Assembly (NCBI GenBank): GCA_000708835.1
Contig: DF237258.1
Coordinates: 41,877-105,876 of the forward strand
DNA: 64,000 bases
Direction: 5' to 3'
From: Klebsormidium nitens
Taxonomy: Eukaryota > Plantae > Klebsormidiophyceae
Part shown: piece after piece, positions 38,901-50,268 of the stretch
How positions within the stretch are numbered: the stretch's first letter is position 1
How the letters are laid out: each line of letters starts with the position of its first letter
Position numbers and translations under genes: made by a program
The notes under the pieces: model-generated
Told to the model about the DNA's origin: nothing
The model's input: only the letters and a program-made list of their open reading frames with translations
Database searches by the model: none

Positions 38901-39626
38901 GTTCCAGCAAGCTAGGAATCCAGTTGAAAACATGAACAATCCTGAGGATGCTTGACGGGATCTCTAAGGTTCCAGCAAGCTAGGAATCCAGTTGAAAACA
39001 TACATCAAACGGGGAGGCCTCCCTCATGTTCTCAAAAGCACCTGAGTCCCGCAACATGACTCCGCTGGCAGTAAAACCCCAGGGAACTTACCCGTGTACA
39101 AATTAGGGTTTGGTTCTGGGACCTGCCATTGGTTGGAGCAACTCGCACTGGTAGCGGCTTCTTCAAGATCTGGACATCCACTGCCATTGGTACTTGAAGA
39201 TGCAGTTTGTGAGACCGGCTGTTTCTCTATGTTGTCCAGAATGGACATCCCTGACATTTCTTTGGTAATGGTTGCAAAAGCATCAGAGGCAGAAGAGGAG
39301 GGCTGAAACTGCCTCTCTACGCTCGATGCACAAGTTGGAGGGCACGTCTTGGCCATTGGCACTCTGATGTTGGGAAAGCTGCTCGAAAAGCTCAATTCAA
39401 CAGTTCCTGAGAAAGCACTCTTGGACAGCACAAGCATATGCGGCTGTGTCCGCTCTGCTATGCAACTACCCTTCAAACCTACAAATGACCAGGACGACCC
39501 TCCGCTCAACCGCCGCGGCACTCCTGACCACGTAAACGGAAAATAGCGGAGCCCCTGCGATGGACTCCTGCACAAGGCTTTTCCTGGAACACGGCTACAG
39601 ATGCGGGCAGCCTCTGCACAGGCCAT
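35912..39626 (-). CDS. dusA: tRNA-dihydrouridine synthase, bacterial DusA-type, with long N-terminal extension; 7 exons
   Basis: Exons 39626-39092, 38743-38638, 38243-38046, 37621-37072, 36745-36662, 36416-36336 and 36139-35912. Motifs FSIAPMMEYTDNHYR, WTEMVV, PVVLQLGGS, LNLNTGCPSERV...FGAQLM, PVTVKCRIGVD, IIHARKAFLKGLSPAQNRTIPPL, GIMVGRAA and LLNLFHG. The track start at 39641 is GTG; the first in-frame ATG is 39626. Confidence 0.93.
38865..39000. repeat. Perfect 68-bp direct tandem duplication in dusA intron 1
   Basis: tgaacaatcctgaggatgcttgacgggatctctaaggttccagcaagctaggaatccagttgaaaaca occurs at 38865-38932 and 38933-39000 with no mismatch. Confidence 0.95.
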
Positions 39627-40497
39627 CACGGATCCATCCACTCATGAATGCACGCGTCTTCAAGTTCTGCCAGTGCTGGCTTTTCCTTTCGTCATCATGC
39701 ATGTAGGCCGGACAGAGCATCCGTGGGACCGTGACGTACACGATACAGTATCCTACACCTTTCACTGTCAGGGCTTTGCCGTGTACAAACGACCTGAGAA
39801 ATGCGACACATAGGTACCAGATTAAAGCGTTGAAAGCTTGCACCTGGAACCGGCAGCCGGTTATCGAACTTTGAAAGCCTTGGCCTGTGAAAACGTACTC
39901 TTTGGAAGCCGTGCCGCTAGCAGCGTGCACGGTGGGCCGTTTCTCATGGCTCTGCGGGTTTTGGCGCCCAGCATTTTGAAAATTTCTGGTCGTTTGCAAG
40001 TTGAAGAGGCCAGGCCTTGAAACTTATTTAAATGTTGTCAGAGTGACATTGATGTGGAAAATGCACAGAGCTCTACGAGCATGTACGAGCAGCCTCCTAC
40101 CCACAGTGGCCACAGCCTCGGCCCCACCACAGCCATCATCAGGAGAAGGATAGGTACGGGCCCTAACCTAGTTCGCAGTGGGCCTCATGAAAGCAGATTT
40201 ATTGCAAAGCAGCTGCGTGCCGCAGGCTGACATATACGTAGCCCTACGCTGTCGGTAGTTCCAATTTGACCATTGGCAGTGCTGGCTCCAGTCAAGAAAG
40301 TGCAATGGGAGAGCAACTGGGGTTCCTGAATTGGTTTAATGAGTCCGTAGAGCACCTTCCGGCTGGTGGATTAGGCAGCGGAGAGGCCCAAATCGATTAG
40401 CCTGGCAGCTGTGACGCCCTTCTTGTGAAAAGCTGGAAGAGCGCTAGCATAGCCCGATGAGTTAAGCTCTTCAAAGTTTGATTGTCAAGTTTGAAAG

Positions 40498-43400
40498 ATG
40501 GCGGTTATTCGTGCGTTGAATGTTGCTGAAAAGCCTTCCGTTGCAAAGGCAGTTTCTCAGATCCTGTCGCGAGGACAGTATCGGACACGTGAGGGCCTTT
40601 CTGTCTACAACAAGGTCTTTGAGTTCAACTACACAGTTGGAAACCAGCAGGTGAGCTCACTACCCATGCAATGCTATCTGGATAGCAAGCTGCTAGTTGT
40701 TAGAAGGGAGTATCTTTGACCATCACTTTTGGATCGAGTGCTCTCATAAAGCACTTGTCTCAGCCCCTTTGTGCACTGCAGGTGGATATGCTTATGACGT
40801 CTGTGAGCGGGCACTTAATGGAGCTGGACTTTGAGGATCAGTACCGAAAATGGCACTCCTGTCAGCCTGTCCAGCTTTATGATCTTCCAGTCCATAAGAA
40901 AGTTCCTCAGGTAAGACCTCCAGGCCCCACAAAAGAGTCTGTTCTATTCTGGATTACAGCTTTCAGCATTCCCAAGCTTGTATGCACTGCTGCATAGGAT
41001 GCGCAGATTCCTCTTCCTCTTCAGATACATCACCATGATCGCAGCTGCCAACTTCAGAAGGCGATCATGTCTCCTCCCCCTCTGAATGAAGGACAAGTAC
41101 GGTCTACGGGATACGCTTCATCGGGAGAGCAGGAACTGCCAGTGGTTGGTGTTATGGTTGGACTGCGATCGCGAGGGCGAGAATATAGCCTACGAGGTCA
41201 TCCAGGTCTGCCAAGAGCGCAACCCGAGGTTGAACATCTTCCGGGCGCGTTTCTCAGCATTGGTTGAGAGGTGAGTCCACAAGGCCTTTGTAGGTTCTAC
41301 AGTAGGAGTCAGTAGAATAGCATGGCTGTGCAAAGTCCGCAGCTGTACGATGATAGGTGCTTAAGTACATGACGAAGAGACCGATTACGTAGGCCCGTAT
41401 CTGCTGGGACACTTTCCAAAACGGAGTGGGAGACTAAGGCTGTCTGATCCGCGCATGCAGGGACATCCACCAGGCTATGCAGACGTTGCAAAGACCGAAC
41501 CCCCGTTTTGCGGACGCAGTTGACGCACGACAGGTGCGCCAGACAGTTGAGAGTTGGCTTGTGCATCTACTGTGGAACCGTATACCTATGTCTTCACAAG
41601 TTGTTAGTTTGAATCTGTGGAGCCTTAAATCAAGCTACGGCTGCGTACAGATTGTTGCTATGTGTGAACAAGCAACTTTGAAGACAACGAAGGACTAGAG
41701 AACCACAAGGAGGACAGCGAGCTTGTATTGCTTCCTTCAAGCTGCCCCATCAAACGCCTGTTGATGTCGCCAATCTGCAGGAGATTGACCTGCGGATTGG
41801 AGCGTCCTTCACCCGCTTTCAAACGCTGCTTCTGGCGAAGCGGTTTGAGATGGGCTTTCACGAGGAGGAAAAGGTCATTCTAAGTTATGGGCCATGCCAG
41901 GTGAGCTTGTGACCATGATGCATAAGAGCAGTCAAGCTGAGATTTCCCAATCCTCCTACTTCGGACTCTTCCTAACTAAGCTCTCTTGACTTTGGGTTTT
42001 GAGATTCAGGCGGATCCGTTCCACATAGTGGCAGTGAAGTCAAATCCCAGTGCCTAACTTCGACCCGGCTCCTCTCTTTGCAGTTTCCGACCCTTGGTTT
42101 CGTTGTTGAGCGCTACTGGCAGATCCAGAACTACGTGCCAGAGGACTTTTGGTACATCCATGTGCAGTACCACTCCCAAGAGGATCGCGTCTCTGCCAAC
42201 TTCACGTGGCAGTAAGACTCTATTACTTGCTTCTCATTTACAAACAGACACCTGGGCCTACATTCCCTTTCCGCTCCTCCGACTTCGTTCTCACATTCAG
42301 ATATGATCATTCTCCACTTTCGGTAGCACGCATGAAGTTGAAGTAGGCCCTTTCCCGGCAGCTGCAAAGCATGAGCAAGAGCCTTCGACTTGTGGACAAC
42401 TTTCTGAACATTTCTGTGTCCATCTTCAACAGGCGTGGCCACATGTTCGACCACCTAGCAGCTACTGTCTTGTACGAGATGTGTGTTGAGCAGCCGACAG
42501 CCACGGTAAGAAAACGATACGTCCCACACCGGTTTGTCCAGGAGGCCCGCTTTTAGCCCGAATCTTCCTTCCCAATCTGCTGCTTCCCTCCCAGCTGGCT
42601 GCTTTCTTGTGCTTGATCGACTCTGACCTGAGAATGAAAAAAAGACTACCGAACGCTTTCTCAATTAACGTTAAATCAACTTCTTCAGGTCATGAGCGTG
42701 GACGGCAGGGATACGCGCAAGTACCCCCCGCATCCCCTCAACACCGTGGAGCTGCAAAAACGTGCCTCGCGCTACCTCCGGATAGGGTCCGAGCAAGTCA
42801 TGAAAGTAAGCCAACCTGCTGCGATCTCAGAAACGGGTCGCTCACGATCTAAGCTTCTGGATCCGAAATGCACTACAACTGCGGAGTTGAGGAGCAATTC
42901 ATATCACCCTGTCGGTCTTGTAGAGGCTGCCAGGAACGCATGTGAAACCCGCTGCACCCTGCTGACAACCAAGAGCGTTGGTTGGATCCGCTCCTGTCAA
43001 CGGAGTCCATTTTGGCCACGGCTTAAGCTCAAGGAGCGGTCGCTGAGAAGGTTCGCTGATTATTCGTGCAGCTGGCTGAGGAGCTGTACCAGTGGGGCTT
43101 CATCAGCTACCCTCGCACGGAGACCGACCACTTTCAAGACGGCATCGATTTGCAGGTAGACCTTGCCGTCCTTTTGTTTGTCACGAGCGTCGGCGTCATT
43201 CCTTTTCCGGCCTCCACCTGTGATGATGATTAGAAAGCTGCATCACATATATTGGACTGGATGATTGTCGATTTACGGACTGAGTCTCCGAAATCAGACC
43301 GAAATCTGACTTGTGTATCCCCTGTACTTATGCTATTCGTACTCCCTCCTTTGTCCAACCGGTTCAAGGCAATCCAATCTAATCTGACTGGTCACTGCTG

Positions 43401-46400
43401 AGCTGATCAATCCCCAACTCTTTGGAACCCCTGCAGACCCCCCCCTCCGTTTCGTATAACCCGTCAAGATGCGTGCCCCAATATCTTAACGCGCATCCTC
43501 TGAACCAATTCTTGCAGGGAATAGTCCAGGAGCACACGCAGCACCCTCAGTGGGGGGCGTACGCGAGCCGACTTCTGGACCCCCAGGAAGGGCTCTGGCG
43601 CGCCCCTGGGGACGGGGGCCACGACGACCAGGCCCACCCGCCCATCCACCCCACCAAGGCGGCCGATCCGGGGGCCAACTGGACCGCCGGGCACAGGGTG
43701 GGTGCCGGCTTCGCACGAACGGTATTTTGCAATATTGGACCTGGACTTGCACAGGATTGACCGTTTGCGTTTTTGTGAGTCTAGCAACGTTTCCTCTTAA
43801 AGACAGTGGCAGGAATGACTGCCACCTTTTTTTGCTGGAGTGCTCGTGTTCGATCTACTTTGCAGCCTTCGGCCGTGACGGACTCGTAGCTTTCTAATCC
43901 AAGCTTTTGTGGTCGACAAAGGGCAACTTGGTGATTCTGAACATTGTGTAGGATGGCGCTTAAGCTTGTGTGAAGAGCGTCCGAGATAATCTTTCTGCTG
44001 CCGAGGCTGCAGAAAGTGTACGAGCTGGTAGTGCGGCACTTCCTGGCGTGCGTCTCCCAGCCCGCGGTGGGCTTCACTACCACGGTCATCATAGACATCG
44101 CCGGCGAGACGTTCACTGCGCACGGGCTCATGATCACAGCGGTACGGCGGTCCGCCCGTTCATCTAAGTTTGTCATGGCTGCTTCTCTGCTCTCCTTGCC
44201 TTTCTAAGTACAAAAAGGAGCAGGCTGAGAGTCGACGCGTAGAAACTGGTGCAAAGAAGAGACTGTAGATAGGAGCTTTTTCAGGGATGCGAAAGGGCCT
44301 GTTTCAGTGAGACTGGATTCACGTCGAATAGAGCTATGAGACTGACGCTATTCCATCCGTCTGCTTTGCTGCCAGCGCAACTACCTGGACGTGTACATCT
44401 GGGATCACTGGGGCGACAGCAACCTGCCAAACTTCCAGCAGGGCCAGCAGGTGAGTCGACTGGATGACTCGCCCATGTCTCAAAGCTGACTCCGAGCCAG
44501 CTTCTATCATCGCGTCGTGCAGGGTCCTCTCATTCTGTGGCGCCTTCATCTGCTGACGTCACCCTTGAATGCAGTTTCAACCCACGGAGCTCACCCTGAA
44601 GGAGGGACGTACGGCACCGCCCAATCCGCTGACGGAAGCCGAGCTCATTGGCCTCATGGACAAGGTAACATTGCGACCTACTGTCTGCCTGGCTCTCTCA
44701 ACCCTGACAGCCGCGTCGGAGTGTCCTTTCACCCGAGCCTTCTAACTGCTATTGGAAAAAGATAGTCTCGCTGTTGAGTCTTTCACTTGAGATATCTGCT
44801 GCACTCTGAAGCGGCGACGTGCTTGTTCCCACCAATGTGCTTGGTATTGATCTGGCCATCCGAAGCAATCTTTTAGAAGTGGAGAGTCACGCTGCTTTTT
44901 CTTTGTGCAGGCCGGGATCGGGACGGATGCCACCATGCACGATCATATCAAGAAATTGACGGACCGGTCATATGCCGTAAAAGACAACCGGCAGCAGTTT
45001 ACTCCGACCCCGCTGGTATGCCACGACGCCTCGCTCTTCTCAACACCACATCACGTCCAGCATCCAACACTAGTGGTAGAAGCTGCTTCCTCCTGTCCAC
45101 CTTCTGGAAGGAAGCAGCTGTCAAGAGCAGGAGACTGCTTTAGACAGACGTCACTTCGTGAACTGGTTGATAAACAAACCTCTTATATTCTTACCCGACG
45201 AAGACGTGCTTTTCTTGCTGCTATGGGCTGGTATAACCCTCCTAAACAGGAAGCCGGTATCTAGTTTCCGGTATCGCCTTCACTTTCTTCGCTGAGCTAA
45301 ACTGAAGCCTGCCGCTGTGCAGGGCGAGGCTCTGGTGATGGGGTACGACGGGATGGGGTACGAGCTGTGGAAGCCGTTTCTGCGCGCGGGCATGGAGCGC
45401 GACATGAAGCTGGTGGGCGAGGGCGCCAAGAGCAAGGCCGAGGTCCTGCAGACCAGCCTGCACGCCATGCGCCAAATGTTCAGCGACGTGAGCGCGGTCC
45501 TTGTGCTCGCGCACACGAAGCTTATCTCCCTGCTGTACCGGATTCTTCCGTGAAGAGCCAGAAAAGCTGCTCAATTGTACGAGGATATCGCCCACGCAAA
45601 TTAATCGAGCGTTGTAAGCCTCTTCTACCTCGGAGCCTGCTTTCACTTCTTCTGCTGCACGCCTCTGCGTCAGATCCGCTTGATGTTTTCAGAGCGAGGT
45701 TCAGAGCCAAACGGACAGATGCACGAAGGCTGGCCTGCAGTCCGAAGTTTGTCTTGACAGAAACTCTTTGCGCCGGGTGATAATGGTGGTCGTTTGGCTT
45801 TGTGCAGGCCAACCTGCAGAAGGACAAGCTGGTGGAGGCGATGAGCTGCTACTTTGAGCGGTGAGTTGTATAGAGCAAGGTAGAGGCAAGGAATCTTAGT
45901 CCAACTGAGCAGGCTCCCAATTGTTGTGGATATGCTGTTCCTTCACTTTTGGCGTCAGTCATGCTTGTAAGGTCCCGCTGAAAAGTTCTGATCAGCAAGG
46001 ATTTTGCTGATCGTGCTTCCCTGACTTATCGTCTTGGTCTGAACGCTTCACATTGTTTTCAGCAACGAGAACGCCGGAGCGGGGGCCGGTCGCGACAACG
46101 GGCCCGGCGAGCTTGTGCGCCCTTGCCCTCAGTGTCAGAGTAGCATGTTCCTTAAAACGAGAGCGGTGAGACTTACACATAAAAGCAATACTTGCGTGTT
46201 GCTAACTTTTCAGCAAAGCATGCTTCTTTGAGGCGGGCCGAGCGTGGTTCGCTTTTAAAGGACCCCTGATGAATAACGGATGCGTAGACCAGACTGATGA
46301 TTGTTTCTGCTGTCCTGAGTGAATTGGATAGTTCCTTGGAGGTACCTATGTACCTGCCTTTAGAGAAGAAAGTCAAGCACCTTCTTTGTGCTCTCAGGGA

Positions 46401-49057
46401 GGCGCCTTCATGATTGGCTGCAGCGGCTACCCACAGGTCAGTGTTTCCCTGGGTCATATTGAAAATCCTAGGATAAAGCTTCCTTTGCAGGTGCCTGCAC
46501 TCGTGATTCAGAACGCTGGAAAAAGAAATATCAAACTTATTGGTGACTGTTCTCATGCCAAGAAGCACAAATGTCAAGAGTCAAGCCACTGTTGCAAACG
46601 TAGTCTGCCGTCTTCCGTCACTCGTATCAACGAGATTGACGGCTCTTGTGCCTGTGCAGTGCCGCAACGTGATGTGGCTACCTGCCGCGCTGATAGAGGC
46701 GTCCGTGACGGAACAGACCTGTCCCACTTGTCAACCAGGCAAGACTTCTACACGCAAGGAACAAATTACTCGTTCCAGTTCTTCAAGTATCACTGCGATT
46801 TAAAAATCGTCGAAAGCCATTTCCCAGACTCGCTGGTCGAGCCTGCTGTTGCAATGTGTTCCTGCTTGACCGCACGTTCATTCATTCATGTTGTGACGTC
46901 ACGTCTCACGGGTGCAGGGCCGGTCCATCTGGTCCATTTCAAGTTTCGACGTGGGGAGATACCGGTGCACCTGAGGCCCGAGTTTGCAGGTGAGTGCCAT
47001 CAGACCGCTTGCGCGCTCGTTCACCTGATGCGTAAGTGGCAGTATTGAGCATCACCGCGATGGCAAACTTGAAATGAATTGTTGATAATTGGTCAGGCCT
47101 TTCACTCTCGAGAGCCTCTCATTCACGATGATCAATCTCACGTACCTCTCTGGTCGTTCTAATCTCATTCAGTCCTGATCTTGGAATGTCATGCAGCTTG
47201 CATCGGGTGCGATCGGGACCTGAAGGAGTTGCTGGAGGTAGTCGGCACCGCAGGGCCATTCAACGCAGGTGAAGCGCTATGTCTCCCTCCCGAAGCTCCG
47301 CATCATTGCTCATCATGACAGAGAATATCATGAATCTTCTTCAAAACCCGAACACCGGTATCAGGCGTGTGTGTGAGATCTCTAATCTTTGGAGTGGAAG
47401 CGCTCTCGTTCCGCTTGAAAAGTGGGCTTGACACGGTGCTGAGGACTCCCTCTGAACAACGGGTTTGATTGCAGCCGCACCTGGCCGTGGTGCTGGTGCG
47501 CCCGGGGGGCCTGCCCGGGGCGGTGCGCGAGGCAACGGTGCGGGGCGGGGCAACCCTGGCAGAGGCCGGGGTACGGCTCCCGAGCGGGGGCCCGGGGCGC
47601 TGTCGTGCTTCCGCTGCGGCCAGGAAGGGCACCTGTCGTCAAATTGTCCCGACAACCAGCCAGGGGCGGGAGCTTTCGCTGCGCGAGGAGGTGCACAGGG
47701 GGGTGTACCGGGCGCCAGTGGCTCGGGCCAAGGGGCACCGGGAGGGGCCGGGTGTTTTCTCTGTAACCAGACTGGGCACTTTGCGACGGCGTGTCCGAAC
47801 AGGGGCGGGAGAGCGGGCGGTCGGGGCACGGGAGGAGGTGGCACGGGGGCGCGGGGCGGCGGGGGGCAAGCGTGCTTCAAGTGCGGGGAGGAAGGGCACT
47901 TTGCGAGCGCGTGTCCTGGGCCCGGGAATGGGGGGGGAGGTTCGACGTTTGGGGGGGCACGGGGTGGGTTTGGCGCGGGGGGCGGGGCGGGTTTTGGAAA
48001 CGGAGCGGGGTCAGGGTTTGGCGGCGGGGGTTCAACGGAGGCGGGGCGGGAGGTTTTGGCAGCTCGGGGGGCAGAGGCGGCGGTGCTCTGAGCTGCTTCA
48101 AGTGCGGGGGCGAGGGTCACTTTGCAAACGCGTGCCCAGATCCGGGCAAGTCTAATGGAAATACTGGGGGTGCACGAGGGCGGGGTAGAGGAAGGGGGAC
48201 CGGGCGAGGAGGGGGTTCGTCTCGGAGTGAGGTTTCCCGCTTTTGTGCTACCATCGACATTCAGTTTTGGGTCTCATCGTTGAACATTTATTGCAATCGC
48301 CCGTCTGAGGTGTTTAAGGAGGCGAGGAGATGTGTGTGCGCGATTGTTCGAATGAAAGGAATGAAGCAGCTTACCGGCCTGCCAAGACAGCGGTCTTACG
48401 AGAGAGTGTGGGTAATGACAGACCCCTCAAGAGGAACCAACTTGGAGCTTCTTGGGGTGCTCGTGCCTGCAGCCGGCTGACGCTGACTTATGTCGTTTGC
48501 AGGCAAGTCGGCCATAGACGTGATGTGTGAATGTGGGCAGCCATGCGTTCAGTTGACTGCGAAAACAGACGCAAACAGCGGCCGCAAGTTCTGGAGGTGT
48601 GCCAACCGAGAAGGGGGCTGCGACTTCTTCTCGTGAGCGTTCGCTGCCCCTCTGACCTGTGCTCTAGTGGTATTGACTTCTGCAATGTCCCTCGCATCCA
48701 GCATCTGGGCCCCTCCTTTTCAGAGACTACCCCGTTCTGTCAAGGAAAGGTGGCAGTCACTCTCAGTTGAAGCATTATAGCCACTCTTGTTGAGAAGCCG
48801 TCATGAGTTTCATCATTTTGAACGTAAGAGAAATGATGCTGCGCTGCCCATGCAGATGGGAGGACGAAGTGACGGGTCAAGGTGGTGGTCGGGGCCGGGG
48901 CTCCGGTAGTTCGAACGGGCCTGGAGCTTTCCAGGCAGCCGCAGGGGGCAGGGGCCGGGGCAGGGGACGAGGCGGTGGGGCCTCGGGGAATGGCGGTCCC
49001 AGTTGCTACAAGTGTGGGGAAGTGGGCCACTTTGCCGGTGCTTGTCCCTCGGGTTAG
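40498..49057 (+). CDS. TOP3A: DNA topoisomerase III alpha (TOPRIM, type IA core, C4 zinc ribbon, 5 CCHC knuckles, GRF finger); 24 exons; apparent 1-nt frameshift at 48026-48030
   Basis: Exons 40498-40650, 40782-40910, 41092-41270, 41461-41533, 41781-41900, 42084-42211, 42433-42505, 42689-42805, 43072-43155, 43518-43697, 44013-44141, 44376-44450, 44575-44664, 44911-45015, 45323-45487, 45808-45860, 46063-46165, 46398-46436, 46660-46738, 46918-46989, 47197-47268, 47475-48226, 48503-48632 and 48856-49057. Motifs [54 protein letters not shown], active-site [25 protein letters not shown]. Intron 2 uses an AAG acceptor. Confidence 0.96.
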
Positions 49058-50268
49058 GAAAGCGGTGTCTGCAATCGAGTCTGTCTAGCTAATTGCACGA
49101 GAGGGATCATCGACGAGCTGTTCTGCGCCTATAACGTACTCGGTCACTGGAGAATGTTGTAAGGAGCGCGGCATGCTGGCCAGGCTCCTTTCTGTAGCTC
49201 CATAGTACGCTGAAAGTAGGATATCTCTACATTCAATTTGTTGAGCAAACTCTTCTGTGAATTCTTATCTGCATTTGAGAGTATGTGAGAATCAGAAACA
49301 GGGTATATGACAATGCGCGAATGATCCTGTGCCGGGCTTTTGTACCTCGATTTCCGCGTGCGTCATTCAGCTGCCAAGTAATAAGCATGTAAAAATGTAG
49401 CTCGGCGACTATAGTATGGCCGGATCCAATTCGTCGATTGCCGCATGCATGCCAGCTCTGGCATATGTTGTGAGCAAATGGTGGCTTAAAACCGCTGCCA
49501 CTGCATTGTATATGCTGCGGATCAAGTGCTTGCGATGCAACATGTGTGCAATTAGTGTTGGTCGTGATATATGCCGCGCACCAATGAAGTAGCTTAGCAT
49601 GGCAACTCACACATGGGCGACAATATCGGCACTGAATAACACGCTAAGCTTCCCGGTCTAGCTGCGGAGGAGCTTGACCAATCGACTGCAGTAGCGCTAC
49701 ACGCTCACAATTGCCTAGGCCGCGCTTCAAATCGTCCGCTTCCGGGTGACTTTAAATGCTGAGCCCCAAAGTTTGACAATGCAAGCAACTGAAAGCGAGA
49801 AACTGATTCAGTTCGCAATGGCCCGGCGGCACAAGTGCGGGCATTACTAAGCTAGTCCGGAAATTGATACCTCATTACCATGTTTTCATCCTGAGACCGG
49901 ACTTAGACTAAGCAGCGCTAGCTAGCATCAATCGTTACCAAGTTTAAGTAACCTAGCTCCCTATAATAATAAGAGCGCCTCATCAAGTTGGAAGGCAGTC
50001 CATTAGATTAGAGATAGCTAGCATGCCCCAAAATCTATGTACAAGCTTCTCGCTGCCTAAGCAGACCCACTGCATTTGACTCAGAACGCTACATTTGACA
50101 AAATAAAGTTAGGTTTGTGAACGGGCTTGCACCTGTCCCCAAGGGTCTTCTGGATTCATCAACTTACTCCACTACTCATAGATACGCGACACACAAATTC
50201 CTTTTGCCAACTTGCAGGGCTGATTATCCGCCTTCTTGCAAAAAGCCTTCTTTGACAGCGGGCGTACT

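Noticed and set aside
43220-43310. TGATGA...CTGA C/D-box snoRNA candidate in TOP3A intron 9
   Set aside because: No convincing terminal stem or recognisable rRNA-complementary guide; the region is explained by TGA repeats and a small ccgaaatc duplication.
47341-48120. 259-aa Pro-rich minus-strand ORF
   Set aside because: Shadow of the Gly-rich TOP3A exon (GGN codons read as Pro on the reverse strand).
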